Assembly: GCA_021161465.1 (NCBI GenBank) | Contig: JAGHAM010000023.1 | Coordinates: 8,895 to 72,894 of the forward strand | Direction: 5' to 3' | DNA: 64,000 nucleotides | From: Candidatus Iainarchaeum sp. | GTDB taxonomy: Archaea > B1Sed10-29 > WALL01 > JAGHAM01 | Shown here: positions 47,954-56,986 of the stretch, in pieces | Layout of the letters: each line of letters opens with the position of its first letter | Numbering within the stretch: position 1 is the stretch's first letter | Program-made: the position numbers and the translations under genes | Notes under the pieces: generated by a model | What the model saw: the letters and a program-made list of their open reading frames with translations, nothing else | The model's database searches: none | What the model was told of the DNA's origin: nothing

Positions 47954-48907
47954 ATGACTAACAAAGTAAGCAATATATTTAAATATTGTCCTACAAAAGA
48001 TAGGGTCATGGTTGACAAGGAGAAGAACAAAACTGACGAGGAACTTTATTTTGAGGCGGGGAGAATCTCGTTTAAAGCCCTTCAGGAAGGGGCAAAGAAA
48101 ATCAAAAAGGGCGTTAAGCTGGTTGATGTTGCAGAGTATGCTGAAAAGCTGATAAAGGATGAAGGTGCTGATTGGGCATTCCCGGCCAACATATCACAGA
48201 ACGAGCGCGCAGCACACTACACTCCATCTTTTGATGATGAGTCTGTCTTCGGGGATGACATCGTGAAGCTGGATGTCGGCGCGCATATAGATGGTTTCGT
48301 TGGCGACAACGCGCTAACCGTCGACCTAACCGGAAAATACAAAAACTTGGTTAAGGCAACAGAAGATGCCCTAAAAAACGCGATAAAGACTGTCGCCCCT
48401 GGTGTAAAGAGCACAGAGGTTGGAGCTGTAATACAGGAAACTATCGAGAAAGCAGGATTCAAGCCTGTAGAGAACCTAAGTGGCCATGTACTCAGGAAGA
48501 ACTTACTTCACTCTGGACTGTCCATGCCAAATGTGTCATGGGGAAATGAATTTGTGATAGAAGAAGGGATGGCAATAGCAATAGAACCTTTCGCATCCAC
48601 CGGAAGAGGCAGAGTAACCGACGAGAGGCTTGTTGAGATATTCTCGCTTAGGAAGCCAGTGCCCCTAAGGAACACTGAGGCTAGAAAAATTTTAAACTAT
48701 GTGCAAGAGAATTATCCTTATTTTCCATTTGCAGAAAGATGGCTGAATAGTGTCTCAAGTGGGTTCAAATTCAAGGCCGCACTTAAGGAACTAATCCAAA
48801 AGGGTGTGTTCGAAACACATCCAGTCCTAAGAGATGAAGGTCTAGTCGCCCAGACAGAGAGGACAGTTTTAGTTACCAAAGACGGGTGTGAGGTAACAAC
48901 AAAATAA
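47954..48907 (+). CDS. map: methionine aminopeptidase, type 2 (archaeal)
   Basis: Pita-bread fold signature: VKLDVGAHIDGFVGDNALTVDL, GHVLRK..LHSGLSMPN, EEGMAIAIEPF. Length and insertion are typical of MetAP2. Confidence 0.85.
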   Translation: MTNKVSNIFKYCPTKDRVMVDKEKNKTDEELYFEAGRISFKALQEGAKKIKKGVKLVDVAEYAEKLIKDEGADWAFPANISQNERAAHYTPSFDDESVFGDDIVKLDVGAHIDGFVGDNALTVDLTGKYKNLVKATEDALKNAIKTVAPGVKSTEVGAVIQETIEKAGFKPVENLSGHVLRKNLLHSGLSMPNVSWGNEFVIEEGMAIAIEPFASTGRGRVTDERLVEIFSLRKPVPLRNTEARKILNYVQENYPYFPFAERWLNSVSSGFKFKAALKELIQKGVFETHPVLRDEGLVAQTERTVLVTKDGCEVTTK

Positions 48908-48914
48908 AAGAAAG

Positions 48915-49239
48915 CGGACCCGGAGGGAATTCCACTCGCAAAGGAGAAGGGCTTATAAGGAACACATAACGCCCTTACTGCTTTCCATCCCATTAAGGGA
49001 AGGGGCTGATAAGGGGGAACCGTAGGTGCCCCTTATTTTGAACCCCCGATCTTCTGGTTTCTCCCCCTCTCATTAAGAGAGGTACTAGAACCATAAGTTC
49101 TGATACCATCACCCAAAGGACGCGCTAAGGGAGGACTGGAACACAAATTCCAATCCTACCTTAAATCCAAGGGATGTATCGGAACCGTAGGTTCTGATGT
49201 CCGAAGCCAGATGCCTTATCCTAGCTAGGCTACGGGCCC
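48915..49239 (-). tRNA. tRNA-Arg (anticodon TCG) with long anticodon-loop intron and T-loop intron (about 325 nt)
   Basis: Minus strand: GGGCCCG-TA-GCCT-AGCTAGGATA-AGGC-A-TCTGG-CTTCGG(A)-[about 140-nt intron]-CCAGA-AGATC-GGGGG-TTCAAAA-[about 110-nt intron]-CCCTC-CGGGTCC-G. All stems are complementary, with GU pairs. Confidence 0.45.
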
Positions 49240-49314
49240 GTGAATAAGATTATAGACAAAGCTATTTAAGAAAGTTAGCAGGGAAAAATGAAAAAGGTGG
49301 CAGAGTTGTGGTTC

Positions 49315-49893
49315 TCACAGCTCTGGGTAAACTTCGCCAATTGCAGTGAAAAATGCAACCATGGCTGGGAACGCTAGCAACCCCAAAGTGAAAAATCCAA
49401 TTGCCCAAGATATTATCAGCATCACTATCCAGGTTACTATGTATTTCACTGTAAAGGCTTTCTTGAATATTCCTCCACAGCCAAATGCTGCTCCAAAATT
49501 CCCTTCGATTGCATATTTCGTCAGGGCCAATGGCAGCAAGAAAAATGCAAGAAGTGCTAAGAGTAGTCCAAGCAATGTTCCTAAGCCAACTAGGAGTGCC
49601 CCTGTGCTGCCACGTATCAGCAACGCTAATATTGGAGCCCCAACAAATACGATTACTGCAGGGATAAGGTATATAACTCCAATTATCGCAGCAATCAAAC
49701 CCTTAACGAAAAGCCCGCCATAATCACTAAACTCAAAAGTGCTAAAGTCATTTCTAGATGCTGTTGCCGCCGACTTCAAAGCATACCCTAAAGGTATAAA
49801 GTTTGCAATAGGTATAACGTACAAAACTATCCCAATTATCAAAGTCGTTATATCAGAGAATGGCCTTTTGATAGCACGCATATAATCAACCAT
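49315..49893 (-). CDS. hypothetical polytopic membrane protein
   Basis: 192 aa with 5-6 hydrophobic helices (LIIGIVLYVIPIANFIPLGYALK...). Confidence 0.45.
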   Translation of the reverse strand: MVDYMRAIKRPFSDITTLIIGIVLYVIPIANFIPLGYALKSAATASRNDFSTFEFSDYGGLFVKGLIAAIIGVIYLIPAVIVFVGAPILALLIRGSTGALLVGLGTLLGLLLALLAFFLLPLALTKYAIEGNFGAAFGCGGIFKKAFTVKYIVTWIVMLIISWAIGFFTLGLLAFPAMVAFFTAIGEVYPEL

Positions 49894-49948
49894 GTTTTAT
49901 CACCTCATAATTGAATAGGGGTTGTTGTATATAATTCTATCTTAAGTC

Positions 49949-50395
49949 TCATGCCTTCAATAGAGATTCTCCCTCAAACTCCTTGTTGCAGTATGCACAT
50001 ATGAGCCTAAGAGGATTTTGCTTTACTATGAACTTCGTAACTGCTGGCTCTCTCGGTTTATTAGTAATACATTTGGGATTCAAGCATTTTAAGACCCCAG
50101 AAACTTCCTTAGGAAGTTTAACCTGTCTTTTTTCAGCGACTTTCCCGTTCTTTATCACGTCCACTGTGGCATTTGGTGCTATAAGCGATATCAAGTCAAG
50201 TTTTTTCTTGTCTATGTAAACATCTTCCATCTTAAGTATATCCTTCCTTCCATGCTTGGTGCTGAGGACATTGATTGCTATGACTGTGATGCTGCTATTT
50301 GGGCCGCCAATTATTTTCAGAACCTCCAAGGCTTTTCCAGCGTTTATATGGTCTATAACTGTACCGTTTTCTATGTGCTTTACCATCATCATCAA
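49949..50395 (-). CDS. pyrI: aspartate carbamoyltransferase regulatory subunit
   Basis: About 148 aa. N-terminal VKHIENGTVIDHI and a C-terminal zinc-binding CLNPKC...CAYC motif. Overlaps pyrB by 4 nt. Confidence 0.85.
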   Translation of the reverse strand: MMMMVKHIENGTVIDHINAGKALEVLKIIGGPNSSITVIAINVLSTKHGRKDILKMEDVYIDKKKLDLISLIAPNATVDVIKNGKVAEKRQVKLPKEVSGVLKCLNPKCITNKPREPAVTKFIVKQNPLRLICAYCNKEFEGESLLKA

Positions 50396-51288
50396 TTACC
50401 ACCTCCAGCAACCATCTTTATTATAGCCATTCTGGTTGGCACGCCATAAAACGCCTGTTTGAAATAAACAGCCCTTGGGTCAGAATCGCAATGCCAGTCT
50501 ATCTCGCCAACCCTAGGAAGGGGATGCATAATAATTGCGTCCTTCTTCATGGTTTTCATAGTTTCAGGTGTTATGCGGTAGATGTTCTTAAGCTTCTCGT
50601 ATTCTGTTTGGTCAGGGAACCTCTCCTTTTGTATCCTTGTCATATAAACAACATCAGCGTCCTCCAGTTCAAGCTTGTTGGTCTCTCTGTATTCGCCTAT
50701 TTTGTACTCGTTTGGAATTGCTAATTCCTTGGGTGAGATAAACGTGAACCTTATTTTCTTGTAGTTTTGAAAAGCCTTGCACAGTGAGTGAACTGTTCTA
50801 CCATATTTCAGGTCGCCAACCAGCGCTATATGCAGGTCATCCAATCTACCCTTCTCTTTCTTTATTGTGAACATATCAAGCATAGTCTGCGTTGGATGCT
50901 CCCTGCTACCATCGCCACCGTTTATTATTGGAACTCGTGAAACCTCGCTTGCAAGCTTCGCTGCCCCAGGGAAAGGGCTCCTCATGGCAATGACATCACA
51001 GTATTGTGAGATGGTTTTAACAGTATCTGCTATGGTCTCCGACTTTGCAAGTGATGTAGACGCAGGCTCAGCAAAGCCGATGACACTCCCGCTAAGCCTA
51101 TGCATCGCAGATTCAAAACTTAAGCGCGTCCTGGTGCTTGCCTCAAAGAAAAGCGCGCCCATTATTTTGCCTTTCATAATATCAAGTTGCTTACCTTTCT
51201 TAACAAAGGAAAGCATTTTGTCTGCTTCAGCTAGTAGCGAATCCAGGTCTTTCCTAGAAAAATCTTCTATAGATATAACGTGTTTCAT
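50392..51288 (-). CDS. pyrB: aspartate carbamoyltransferase catalytic subunit
   Basis: STRTRLSFE carbamoyl-phosphate binding motif, HPLP motif, 298 aa. Confidence 0.9.
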   Translation of the reverse strand: MKHVISIEDFSRKDLDSLLAEADKMLSFVKKGKQLDIMKGKIMGALFFEASTRTRLSFESAMHRLSGSVIGFAEPASTSLAKSETIADTVKTISQYCDVIAMRSPFPGAAKLASEVSRVPIINGGDGSREHPTQTMLDMFTIKKEKGRLDDLHIALVGDLKYGRTVHSLCKAFQNYKKIRFTFISPKELAIPNEYKIGEYRETNKLELEDADVVYMTRIQKERFPDQTEYEKLKNIYRITPETMKTMKKDAIIMHPLPRVGEIDWHCDSDPRAVYFKQAFYGVPTRMAIIKMVAGGGN

Positions 51289-51403
51289 CTCAACCCCCCA
51301 GAACTAGAAATAAGGTTAGTTGTTACTAGTATAAATAACTACAAGGTTGACCTTAGAAAAAGCCATTAAACTTTGTGTTTAAGTTGATAATATTGTTTTT
51401 GGT

Positions 51404-52753
51404 TTACTCTGGTTGATATTGATAAATCACCATGACTTCATCAAAGTCTTTCAAGCGTGTAAAATGCTGATCTGAATTGAGAAATTTTTCATTTGGATGC
51501 CTATTAACACTCTTGTACAAAACAAACCAACCTGGAAAGGGCATATTCTTCGGGAAGTTTTCATAAAATCTTTCATCGTAGGGAAGAATTGCAAAAGTTT
51601 TTCTCTGACTATAGTAGGCTAACACAGGATATTCAAAGTTAGAATAAATTACATATCCAGATGGCATATCCTTGCTGATGTAACCAGCAACTCCCTTTGT
51701 AAGGGTTGGACCCCAGAACTCATGAACCCAAGAGGGCGTTATTAATAGGGGGCAAAAAACACACAACAGCAACATTATAGTAATGATAGCACCACGCCAG
51801 TTTTTGTGTAAAAAACTCGAAAATCCCTTAGAAGCTATCAAAATCATTGGTGTTACTGCTGGGATTACATATCTGACTTCCTTGTGAGGTATAATAGTCA
51901 TAATCGCAAGAAAAAGAGCTGCCCACAATAATAAGATGGCATCACTACCTTCAAAATGTTTATTTACTAGATAAAGAAGCAACCCAACTATCACTACAAC
52001 ACCGGAAACCTCAAAGAGTGCACGGAGATAAAAGGTTGGATCTAAAACAGGTTCTGTGACCACCGCAGTAGTAGCCACTATAAATGGTTCCCCAAAGAAC
52101 CCAAGAGTCGATTGAGCCCAAATTAGATATGGGATGATTACAATTAAAGATCCTATCACTGAGTTAACAAGTGTCTTAAAGTCTATCTTTTGAAAAAAGA
52201 AAAATAAGAAGAAGACTGGGTAGATAATGATTGAATTGAACCTCATGAGAACTGCAAGACCACCAATGATTCCAGCAAATACAGCTGTCTTTTCATGGCC
52301 TTTGACTAAAAGGTAAAGTGAAAAAACCACAAGTGAAACTGCAGGAAGACCTGTCAGGATTAAATGAGATAAGTTAATCTGGTAGGAAGAAAACGCTACT
52401 ATGGAACCTGCAATCAAACCAGTCTTCCAATCATAAAGCTCTCTGCCAAGCAGAAAGGTAGAAACTACAAGAAGTGAGGATAGGGTAGCTACAATCGCCA
52501 AGGCAATGGTGGGGTTATCCCAAAAAGGTGATATTAGAATAGAAATCAAGGGTGGACGATAATTCAACTCCTGATATGGGGCACTTCCGGTCCATATCAC
52601 TTCTGCGTTAAGTAAATACACGCATTCATCCCAAAAATGGTTTTCGTTAACAGGAATAAACCTGAGGTAAAAACCTACCGTTAACACAACTAGCAATATT
52701 ACAATTATCAAATGCTCTCTTTTGAGTTTTCTCATAAATCTATGAGATTCCAC
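51404..52753 (-). CDS. GT-C family glycosyltransferase (ArnT/PMT-like, dolichyl-phosphate-sugar dependent)
   Basis: 449 aa. About 11 N-terminal TM helices plus a C-terminal soluble domain. Paralogous to the 54986 gene (aligned N-termini RFIPVNENHFWDECVYLLNAEVI versus ISLDLIPWWDSLEYASNARFF). Confidence 0.6.
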   Translation of the reverse strand: MESHRFMRKLKREHLIIVILLVVLTVGFYLRFIPVNENHFWDECVYLLNAEVIWTGSAPYQELNYRPPLISILISPFWDNPTIALAIVATLSSLLVVSTFLLGRELYDWKTGLIAGSIVAFSSYQINLSHLILTGLPAVSLVVFSLYLLVKGHEKTAVFAGIIGGLAVLMRFNSIIIYPVFFLFFFFQKIDFKTLVNSVIGSLIVIIPYLIWAQSTLGFFGEPFIVATTAVVTEPVLDPTFYLRALFEVSGVVVIVGLLLYLVNKHFEGSDAILLLWAALFLAIMTIIPHKEVRYVIPAVTPMILIASKGFSSFLHKNWRGAIITIMLLLCVFCPLLITPSWVHEFWGPTLTKGVAGYISKDMPSGYVIYSNFEYPVLAYYSQRKTFAILPYDERFYENFPKNMPFPGWFVLYKSVNRHPNEKFLNSDQHFTRLKDFDEVMVIYQYQPE

Positions 52754-52757
52754 TTAC

Positions 52758-53450
52758 TCACCTAAATCCAAGTAACAGTTGAATCAGATTAACCCACATA
52801 CTCCAGCTTGTTTTCACAATATTGACATTGCTTTCTTTTTTTCTATCGATATAACTAATTGGATACTCAACCACTCTAAATCCAGCACGCTTTGCTCTTG
52901 CTATGAAAGCTGAGTCCCACTCGAATCCATCGCCGGGTATGCCACCAATCTTATCCAGCACCTGCTTCCTGAACACCTTCAAACCTGATTGGGGGTCATA
53001 GACTCCAAAAAACGTATGAAACAAAAATGAGTAAATCTTTCCTGTTATCCGCCTAGCGAAAGGCACCTCCTTCAGTTTCCCTCCTGGGCAATATCGTGAC
53101 CCTATCACCACATCAGCCTTTTTAAGCAGGTTTATCATCTTGGGAATTTCCTCTGCCGGATATGAACCATCGGCATCGGTCATGACTAGAATGCTGTTTT
53201 TCTCTGCGCGCCTAAACCCCTCTTTCAGGGCTGCCCCCTTACCTGGCTTCCCAAACCTAACAAGTTTCACATTTCCATACTTTTTACTTAATTCTTCAAC
53301 TAGCTTTGGTGTTGAATCCTCACTTCTATCAACTACGACTATGCTAGACAATGGAACTGCCTCCTCTAAAGCTTCTAAACACTCCCGGATGTTTTTCTCC
53401 TCATTCCTAGACGGAACCACTATCGATAGTATAGCATTGCTCCTTACCAT
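52758..53450 (-). CDS. GT2 glycosyltransferase, dolichyl-phosphate mannose/glucose synthase-like
   Basis: LSIVVPSRNEEKNI...VVVDRSEDSTPK...TDADGSYP, about 230 aa, soluble GT-A fold. Confidence 0.75.
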   Translation of the reverse strand: MVRSNAILSIVVPSRNEEKNIRECLEALEEAVPLSSIVVVDRSEDSTPKLVEELSKKYGNVKLVRFGKPGKGAALKEGFRRAEKNSILVMTDADGSYPAEEIPKMINLLKKADVVIGSRYCPGGKLKEVPFARRITGKIYSFLFHTFFGVYDPQSGLKVFRKQVLDKIGGIPGDGFEWDSAFIARAKRAGFRVVEYPISYIDRKKESNVNIVKTSWSMWVNLIQLLLGFR

Positions 53451-54370
53451 TTTAACAGCCTCTTCAAACCAAGCATGTCAATAGATATGTTCATAGCCCT
53501 GTCGAGTAGTAGGAATGCAAGCACAGTCTCAGCAGCCTTCCCTGCAGTGGCAACACCCATATTTGTTATGACTGTAATCCCAGCAAACTCAACCACACCT
53601 AGGCCAGCTATGCTTACCGGTATGAAAGCAAATATTGTGATGAGGGGATGTAGCAGAACCGCTTGGACCACACTGATACGCAAGCCAACTGCCTGGGCAA
53701 CGAAGAACCATTCCAGTCCACGAATGAACCAGCCAAGCAATGTTATTCCCAGTGCCGTCACAAACACTTTCTTGGTCGCCTTTGTGTGCTCTTGGAAACT
53801 TATGAAAGAAGGCATCAACCTTTTACTCCACTTGAAGAGTAGGTTAGAATGCCTTGAGAAGCTCACAAGCAGGATGAAAATTATCGCTATGACAATCAAC
53901 CCAAATGCAAGGAAGAAGTATGAGGGTAGCTCTGTCCCAGACAAAAAGCTCATCAGCAGGAGGAAGGCCACCAAAGCCCCTACAACCTTTACTACCAGCT
54001 CAGTTAGCTGGAAGATTGTAAGCGCTGCCGCGCCATGCACTTTTTTAAGCTTTTCTCGTAGGAGGGCTATTGCATAGAAGTAACCCACACGGCCGGGAGT
54101 AACATCACTAGCCAGCATACCAGCTAGATTTATGAAAAACAATTCTCTGAACCCAAACAGCTTCTTCCCGGGGCGTATAAGCAAACCTAACTTGAATGCA
54201 TTAAGCGCGTTTAACAACAAATATGCAACTATTCCAAAAGCCAAGAGAGGGATGTTTGCCTTGAAGAGTATTCCGGAAAGCTTCTCCAGGTTCAGACTAT
54301 GCAAGATAAAAAGCAGTAGGATAACCCCAACTATTAACTGAAGAACCAGAGACACCTGTTTCCTATCCAT
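53444..54370 (-). CDS. UPF0104/lysylphosphatidylglycerol-synthase-TM-like (flippase-like) membrane protein
   Basis: 308 aa, about 8 TM. Sequence LNALNAFKLGLLIRPGKKLFGFRELFFINLAGMLASDVTPGRVGYF is typical of this family, which is often paired with GT2 genes. Confidence 0.55.
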   Translation of the reverse strand: MDRKQVSLVLQLIVGVILLLFILHSLNLEKLSGILFKANIPLLAFGIVAYLLLNALNAFKLGLLIRPGKKLFGFRELFFINLAGMLASDVTPGRVGYFYAIALLREKLKKVHGAAALTIFQLTELVVKVVGALVAFLLLMSFLSGTELPSYFFLAFGLIVIAIIFILLVSFSRHSNLLFKWSKRLMPSFISFQEHTKATKKVFVTALGITLLGWFIRGLEWFFVAQAVGLRISVVQAVLLHPLITIFAFIPVSIAGLGVVEFAGITVITNMGVATAGKAAETVLAFLLLDRAMNISIDMLGLKRLLKW

Positions 54371-54423
54371 GGCTTATTATTTGAAAGAAAGAATATAAAT
54401 AACAAACCAGAAAATAATCCCAT

Positions 54424-54690
54424 AGCCCCGTAGTGTAGTGGACAATCATATCGGACTCTGGACATCAGAACCTACGGTTCCGATACCTCCCTTAAGGTTT
54501 TAAGGTAGGGTTGGTTCCGATACCTCCCTTGACGGTAGATAAAGTATATCTCCTGTGATGGGGGTGTAGAAGCAGTTGTTCTGGAGTAACTCTGGAACTC
54601 TTGATGCCTCTCTCAATTGATGAGAGAAATCCGATGACAGCGGTTCGAAAGAAGGGTTTTACCCCATCAACGAAATTCCGCTCGGGGCTA
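54424..54690 (+). tRNA. tRNA-Gln (anticodon CTG) with roughly 167-nt anticodon-loop intron and roughly 26-nt T-loop intron
   Basis: AGCCCCG-TA-GTGT-...-TCGGA-CTCTGG(A)-[intron 54463..54629]-TCCGA-TGAC-AGCGG-TTCGAAA-[intron]-CCGCT-CGGGGCT-A. The acceptor, anticodon and T stems are all complementary. Confidence 0.5.
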
Positions 54691-54695
54691 TTAGT

Positions 54696-54877
54696 GGACC
54701 CGTGGTCTAGTCTGGTTTAGGACATCAGCTTCACAGATTCCGTCGGCGCGCAGGGCAAAGCACGAGAACGATGGAATTGAGAGCGCTGGGGATCCCCGGT
54801 TCAAAAAAAGGAAGGGAGACACATTCCCCCTCCCCTTATAAGCCCTCCTCCTTTGGAGGTGAACATCCGGGCGGGTC
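54696..54877 (+). tRNA. tRNA-Val (anticodon CAC) with anticodon-loop intron (about 48 nt) and T-loop intron (about 60 nt)
   Basis: GGACCCG-TG-GTCT-AGTCTGGTTTA-GGAC-A-TCAGC-TTCACA(G)-[ATTCC...GGAATTGAGAGC]-GCTGG-GGATC-CCCGG-TTCAAAA-[intron carrying the GGGAGACACATTCCCCCTCCCC hairpin]-CCGGG-CGGGTCC-A. It starts only 5 nt after tRNA-Gln. Confidence 0.5.
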
Positions 54878-54985
54878 CACTATAGGAGTTACAACTCTGC
54901 TACCATTACATGGGGGGATAATTGACATATACTATATCAGGGGTAACAGGAAATCTTAAATTCACTGCAAAAGATAAAAACTTCA

Positions 54986-56419
54986 ATGTCAGTGACGAGG
55001 AAGAAAACCATCATAATACTAGCATTATTGCTGATAGTAGCGTTTCTAGTGAGAGTGACATTCATCTCACTTGATCTAATCCCTTGGTGGGACAGCCTAG
55101 AGTATGCCTCAAATGCGCGGTTCTTTGCTGGAACTCACATTTATTTCTCGAGCTTGAGGCCTCCTCTCCTATCATTCCTCATGATTCCATTCCATACCTC
55201 CCTTAAGCTCATGGAGGTGTCAAATGCTTTTCTTGCGGTATGTTCACTCTTAATGGCATTCATTTTCTTCAAAGAAGTCTCTGATAGGAGAACATCCTTA
55301 TTAGTAACTGCAATCCTGGCAACCAACTTTTTATTTGCCCTTCGGTCATACCAAATTTCAACAGAGAGTGGGGTAATCCTATTCACGCTTTTAGTACTTT
55401 ATTCATTCGTCAAAGCAGCAAAAGACAAGAAATGGTTTTATCTATCAGGAGTATCCACCGGTCTAGCCTCCCTATTTAGGTACCCTTTATTCCTTGTTGG
55501 GATTGCAGGATTAGCATGGTATCTATATTGGGCACCAGAACGCAAAAACACACGGAGGATGCTCGCTATCTGGGTATCCACTGTATTTTTAGTGACCCTA
55601 CCGTGGCTTGTCTGCAACCAAATCATGTTTGGGTTCCCGATATATAGCATGCTTGAAGGAATATGGGTGTTCTCTCAGACCTACCCAATGTTTCAATCCT
55701 GGAACTACTATCTAACCCATATATTTGAGTTAGCCAATCCCCTCATACTTGTTTTTTCCATTGTTGGATTATTCAGCCATGAAACACTTAGCAAAAAAAA
55801 GAGCCTGCTTTTAGTATGGATGCTAATCAGCATAAGTTTCTTTCACCTCCAGGGAGTTAAGGAAATTCGTTACCTCCTGCCAGTGCTTCCTATGGTTGCT
55901 TTCTTCTCCATTGAGGGCATGAAAAAAGTTTTCTCATTATCAAAAAGATTGAGAGGGAAAGAAGGCTACCTGGTGTTAGCTATTATCCTAGCTAATTTAG
56001 TGTACACTGGAATGTATATGGAGGGAGCTTACAAGGACCGGGTGATGCGTGTGGATGGTGTTGCTATTGCCTCAAAAGTACTCAAGAGCATTACCCAAAA
56101 AGATGCAATAATATATACTAATTTCTGGCCTGAAGTAGCATTCTACTCCGAACGCCATGTGAAGGGGATATTTACCATCACAACCAAGGAAGAATTCATG
56201 GAGAACTTAGGGAAGGCAGACTACGTATTGATAGGAAAACCAAGATTTGAGAATCCTGACATAAACAAAGAGTTCCTCGATTCTGTTGAGCAACTTGAGT
56301 ATGTAGGAGAGTATGGTGGGCCAACAGACTATGATAAAGTGTTTGTGTATAGGGTAAAAGATAGATTCCGGGAGAAAAATCCAGTATTTAAAAACCCATT
56401 ATGGGATGGTAAGTTCTAG
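54986..56419 (+). CDS. GT-C family glycosyltransferase (ArnT/PMT-like), paralog of the 51404 gene
   Basis: 477 aa. N-terminal TM helices plus a C-terminal soluble domain. Architecture is conserved with the 51404..52753 gene. Confidence 0.6.
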   Translation: MSVTRKKTIIILALLLIVAFLVRVTFISLDLIPWWDSLEYASNARFFAGTHIYFSSLRPPLLSFLMIPFHTSLKLMEVSNAFLAVCSLLMAFIFFKEVSDRRTSLLVTAILATNFLFALRSYQISTESGVILFTLLVLYSFVKAAKDKKWFYLSGVSTGLASLFRYPLFLVGIAGLAWYLYWAPERKNTRRMLAIWVSTVFLVTLPWLVCNQIMFGFPIYSMLEGIWVFSQTYPMFQSWNYYLTHIFELANPLILVFSIVGLFSHETLSKKKSLLLVWMLISISFFHLQGVKEIRYLLPVLPMVAFFSIEGMKKVFSLSKRLRGKEGYLVLAIILANLVYTGMYMEGAYKDRVMRVDGVAIASKVLKSITQKDAIIYTNFWPEVAFYSERHVKGIFTITTKEEFMENLGKADYVLIGKPRFENPDINKEFLDSVEQLEYVGEYGGPTDYDKVFVYRVKDRFREKNPVFKNPLWDGKF

Positions 56420-56427
56420 GTGACCGA

Positions 56428-56985
56428 ATGCCATTGCAAAGAGATTTTTATGCACGGAACACGTTGGTAGTAGCGAAACAACTGCTTGGTAAAGTGCTAG
56501 TCAGGAAATCTAAAGTAGGCATTATGAAAGGCATCATCATTGAGGTAGAGGCTTACAAGGAAAATGACCCTGCTAGCCACTCCTATCGAGGGCCAACCAA
56601 AAGAAATGCTGTTATGTATGGTCCACCAGGGCATGCTTATGTTTACTTCTGCTATGGCAATCACTGGTTGCTGAACTTCGTGACAGAAAAAGAGGGAACA
56701 GCAGGGGCTGTGCTGATTCGCGCGATTAAGCCAACAAAGGGTATTGACTTGATGAAGAAAAACCGAGGGAAAGAAGACTTAAAGAACCTAACCAATGGCC
56801 CAGGTAAACTCACAAAAGCTCTAGCTATAGATGGAAAAGACAATGGCATCGACATAACTCATGGCAACCTCTACGTCGAGGAAGGCATTAAGCCAAAGGA
56901 AATCCACAAAAGCACACGCATTGGTATCAAGGCTGGAACTGATAGGAAGTGGCGGTTCTTTGTAAAGGAAAACGAACTGCAGTGA
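56428..56985 (+). CDS. DNA-3-methyladenine glycosylase (AAG/MPG family)
   Basis: FYARNTLVVAKQLLGK...IIEVEAYKENDPASHSYRGPTKRNAVMYGPPGHAYVYFCYGNHWLLN... is the hallmark of the MPG family. Confidence 0.8.
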   Translation: MPLQRDFYARNTLVVAKQLLGKVLVRKSKVGIMKGIIIEVEAYKENDPASHSYRGPTKRNAVMYGPPGHAYVYFCYGNHWLLNFVTEKEGTAGAVLIRAIKPTKGIDLMKKNRGKEDLKNLTNGPGKLTKALAIDGKDNGIDITHGNLYVEEGIKPKEIHKSTRIGIKAGTDRKWRFFVKENELQ

Positions 56986-56986
56986 G

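Noticed and set aside
48718-48993. 91-aa minus-strand ORF overlapping the MetAP 3' end
   Set aside because: It overlaps the well-supported MetAP gene and the 3' exon region of tRNA-Arg. It has no start context.
54451-54481. Short 16-nt anticodon intron parse for tRNA-Gln(CTG) using the immediately adjacent TCCGA as the 3' anticodon stem
   Set aside because: The block GGACATCAGAACCTACGGTTCCGATAC is conserved with the clearly intronic region of tRNA-Arg. A distal TCCGA (54630-54634) followed by TGAC-AGCGG-TTCGAAA gives a complete variable loop and T-arm. The short-intron parse leaves no T-arm.
54771-54959. 62-aa ORF (MELRALGIPGSKKGRETHSPSPYKPSS...)
   Set aside because: It lies entirely within the tRNA-Val T-loop intron and 3' exon region and inside the GC-hairpin repeat element. 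It is most likely spurious.
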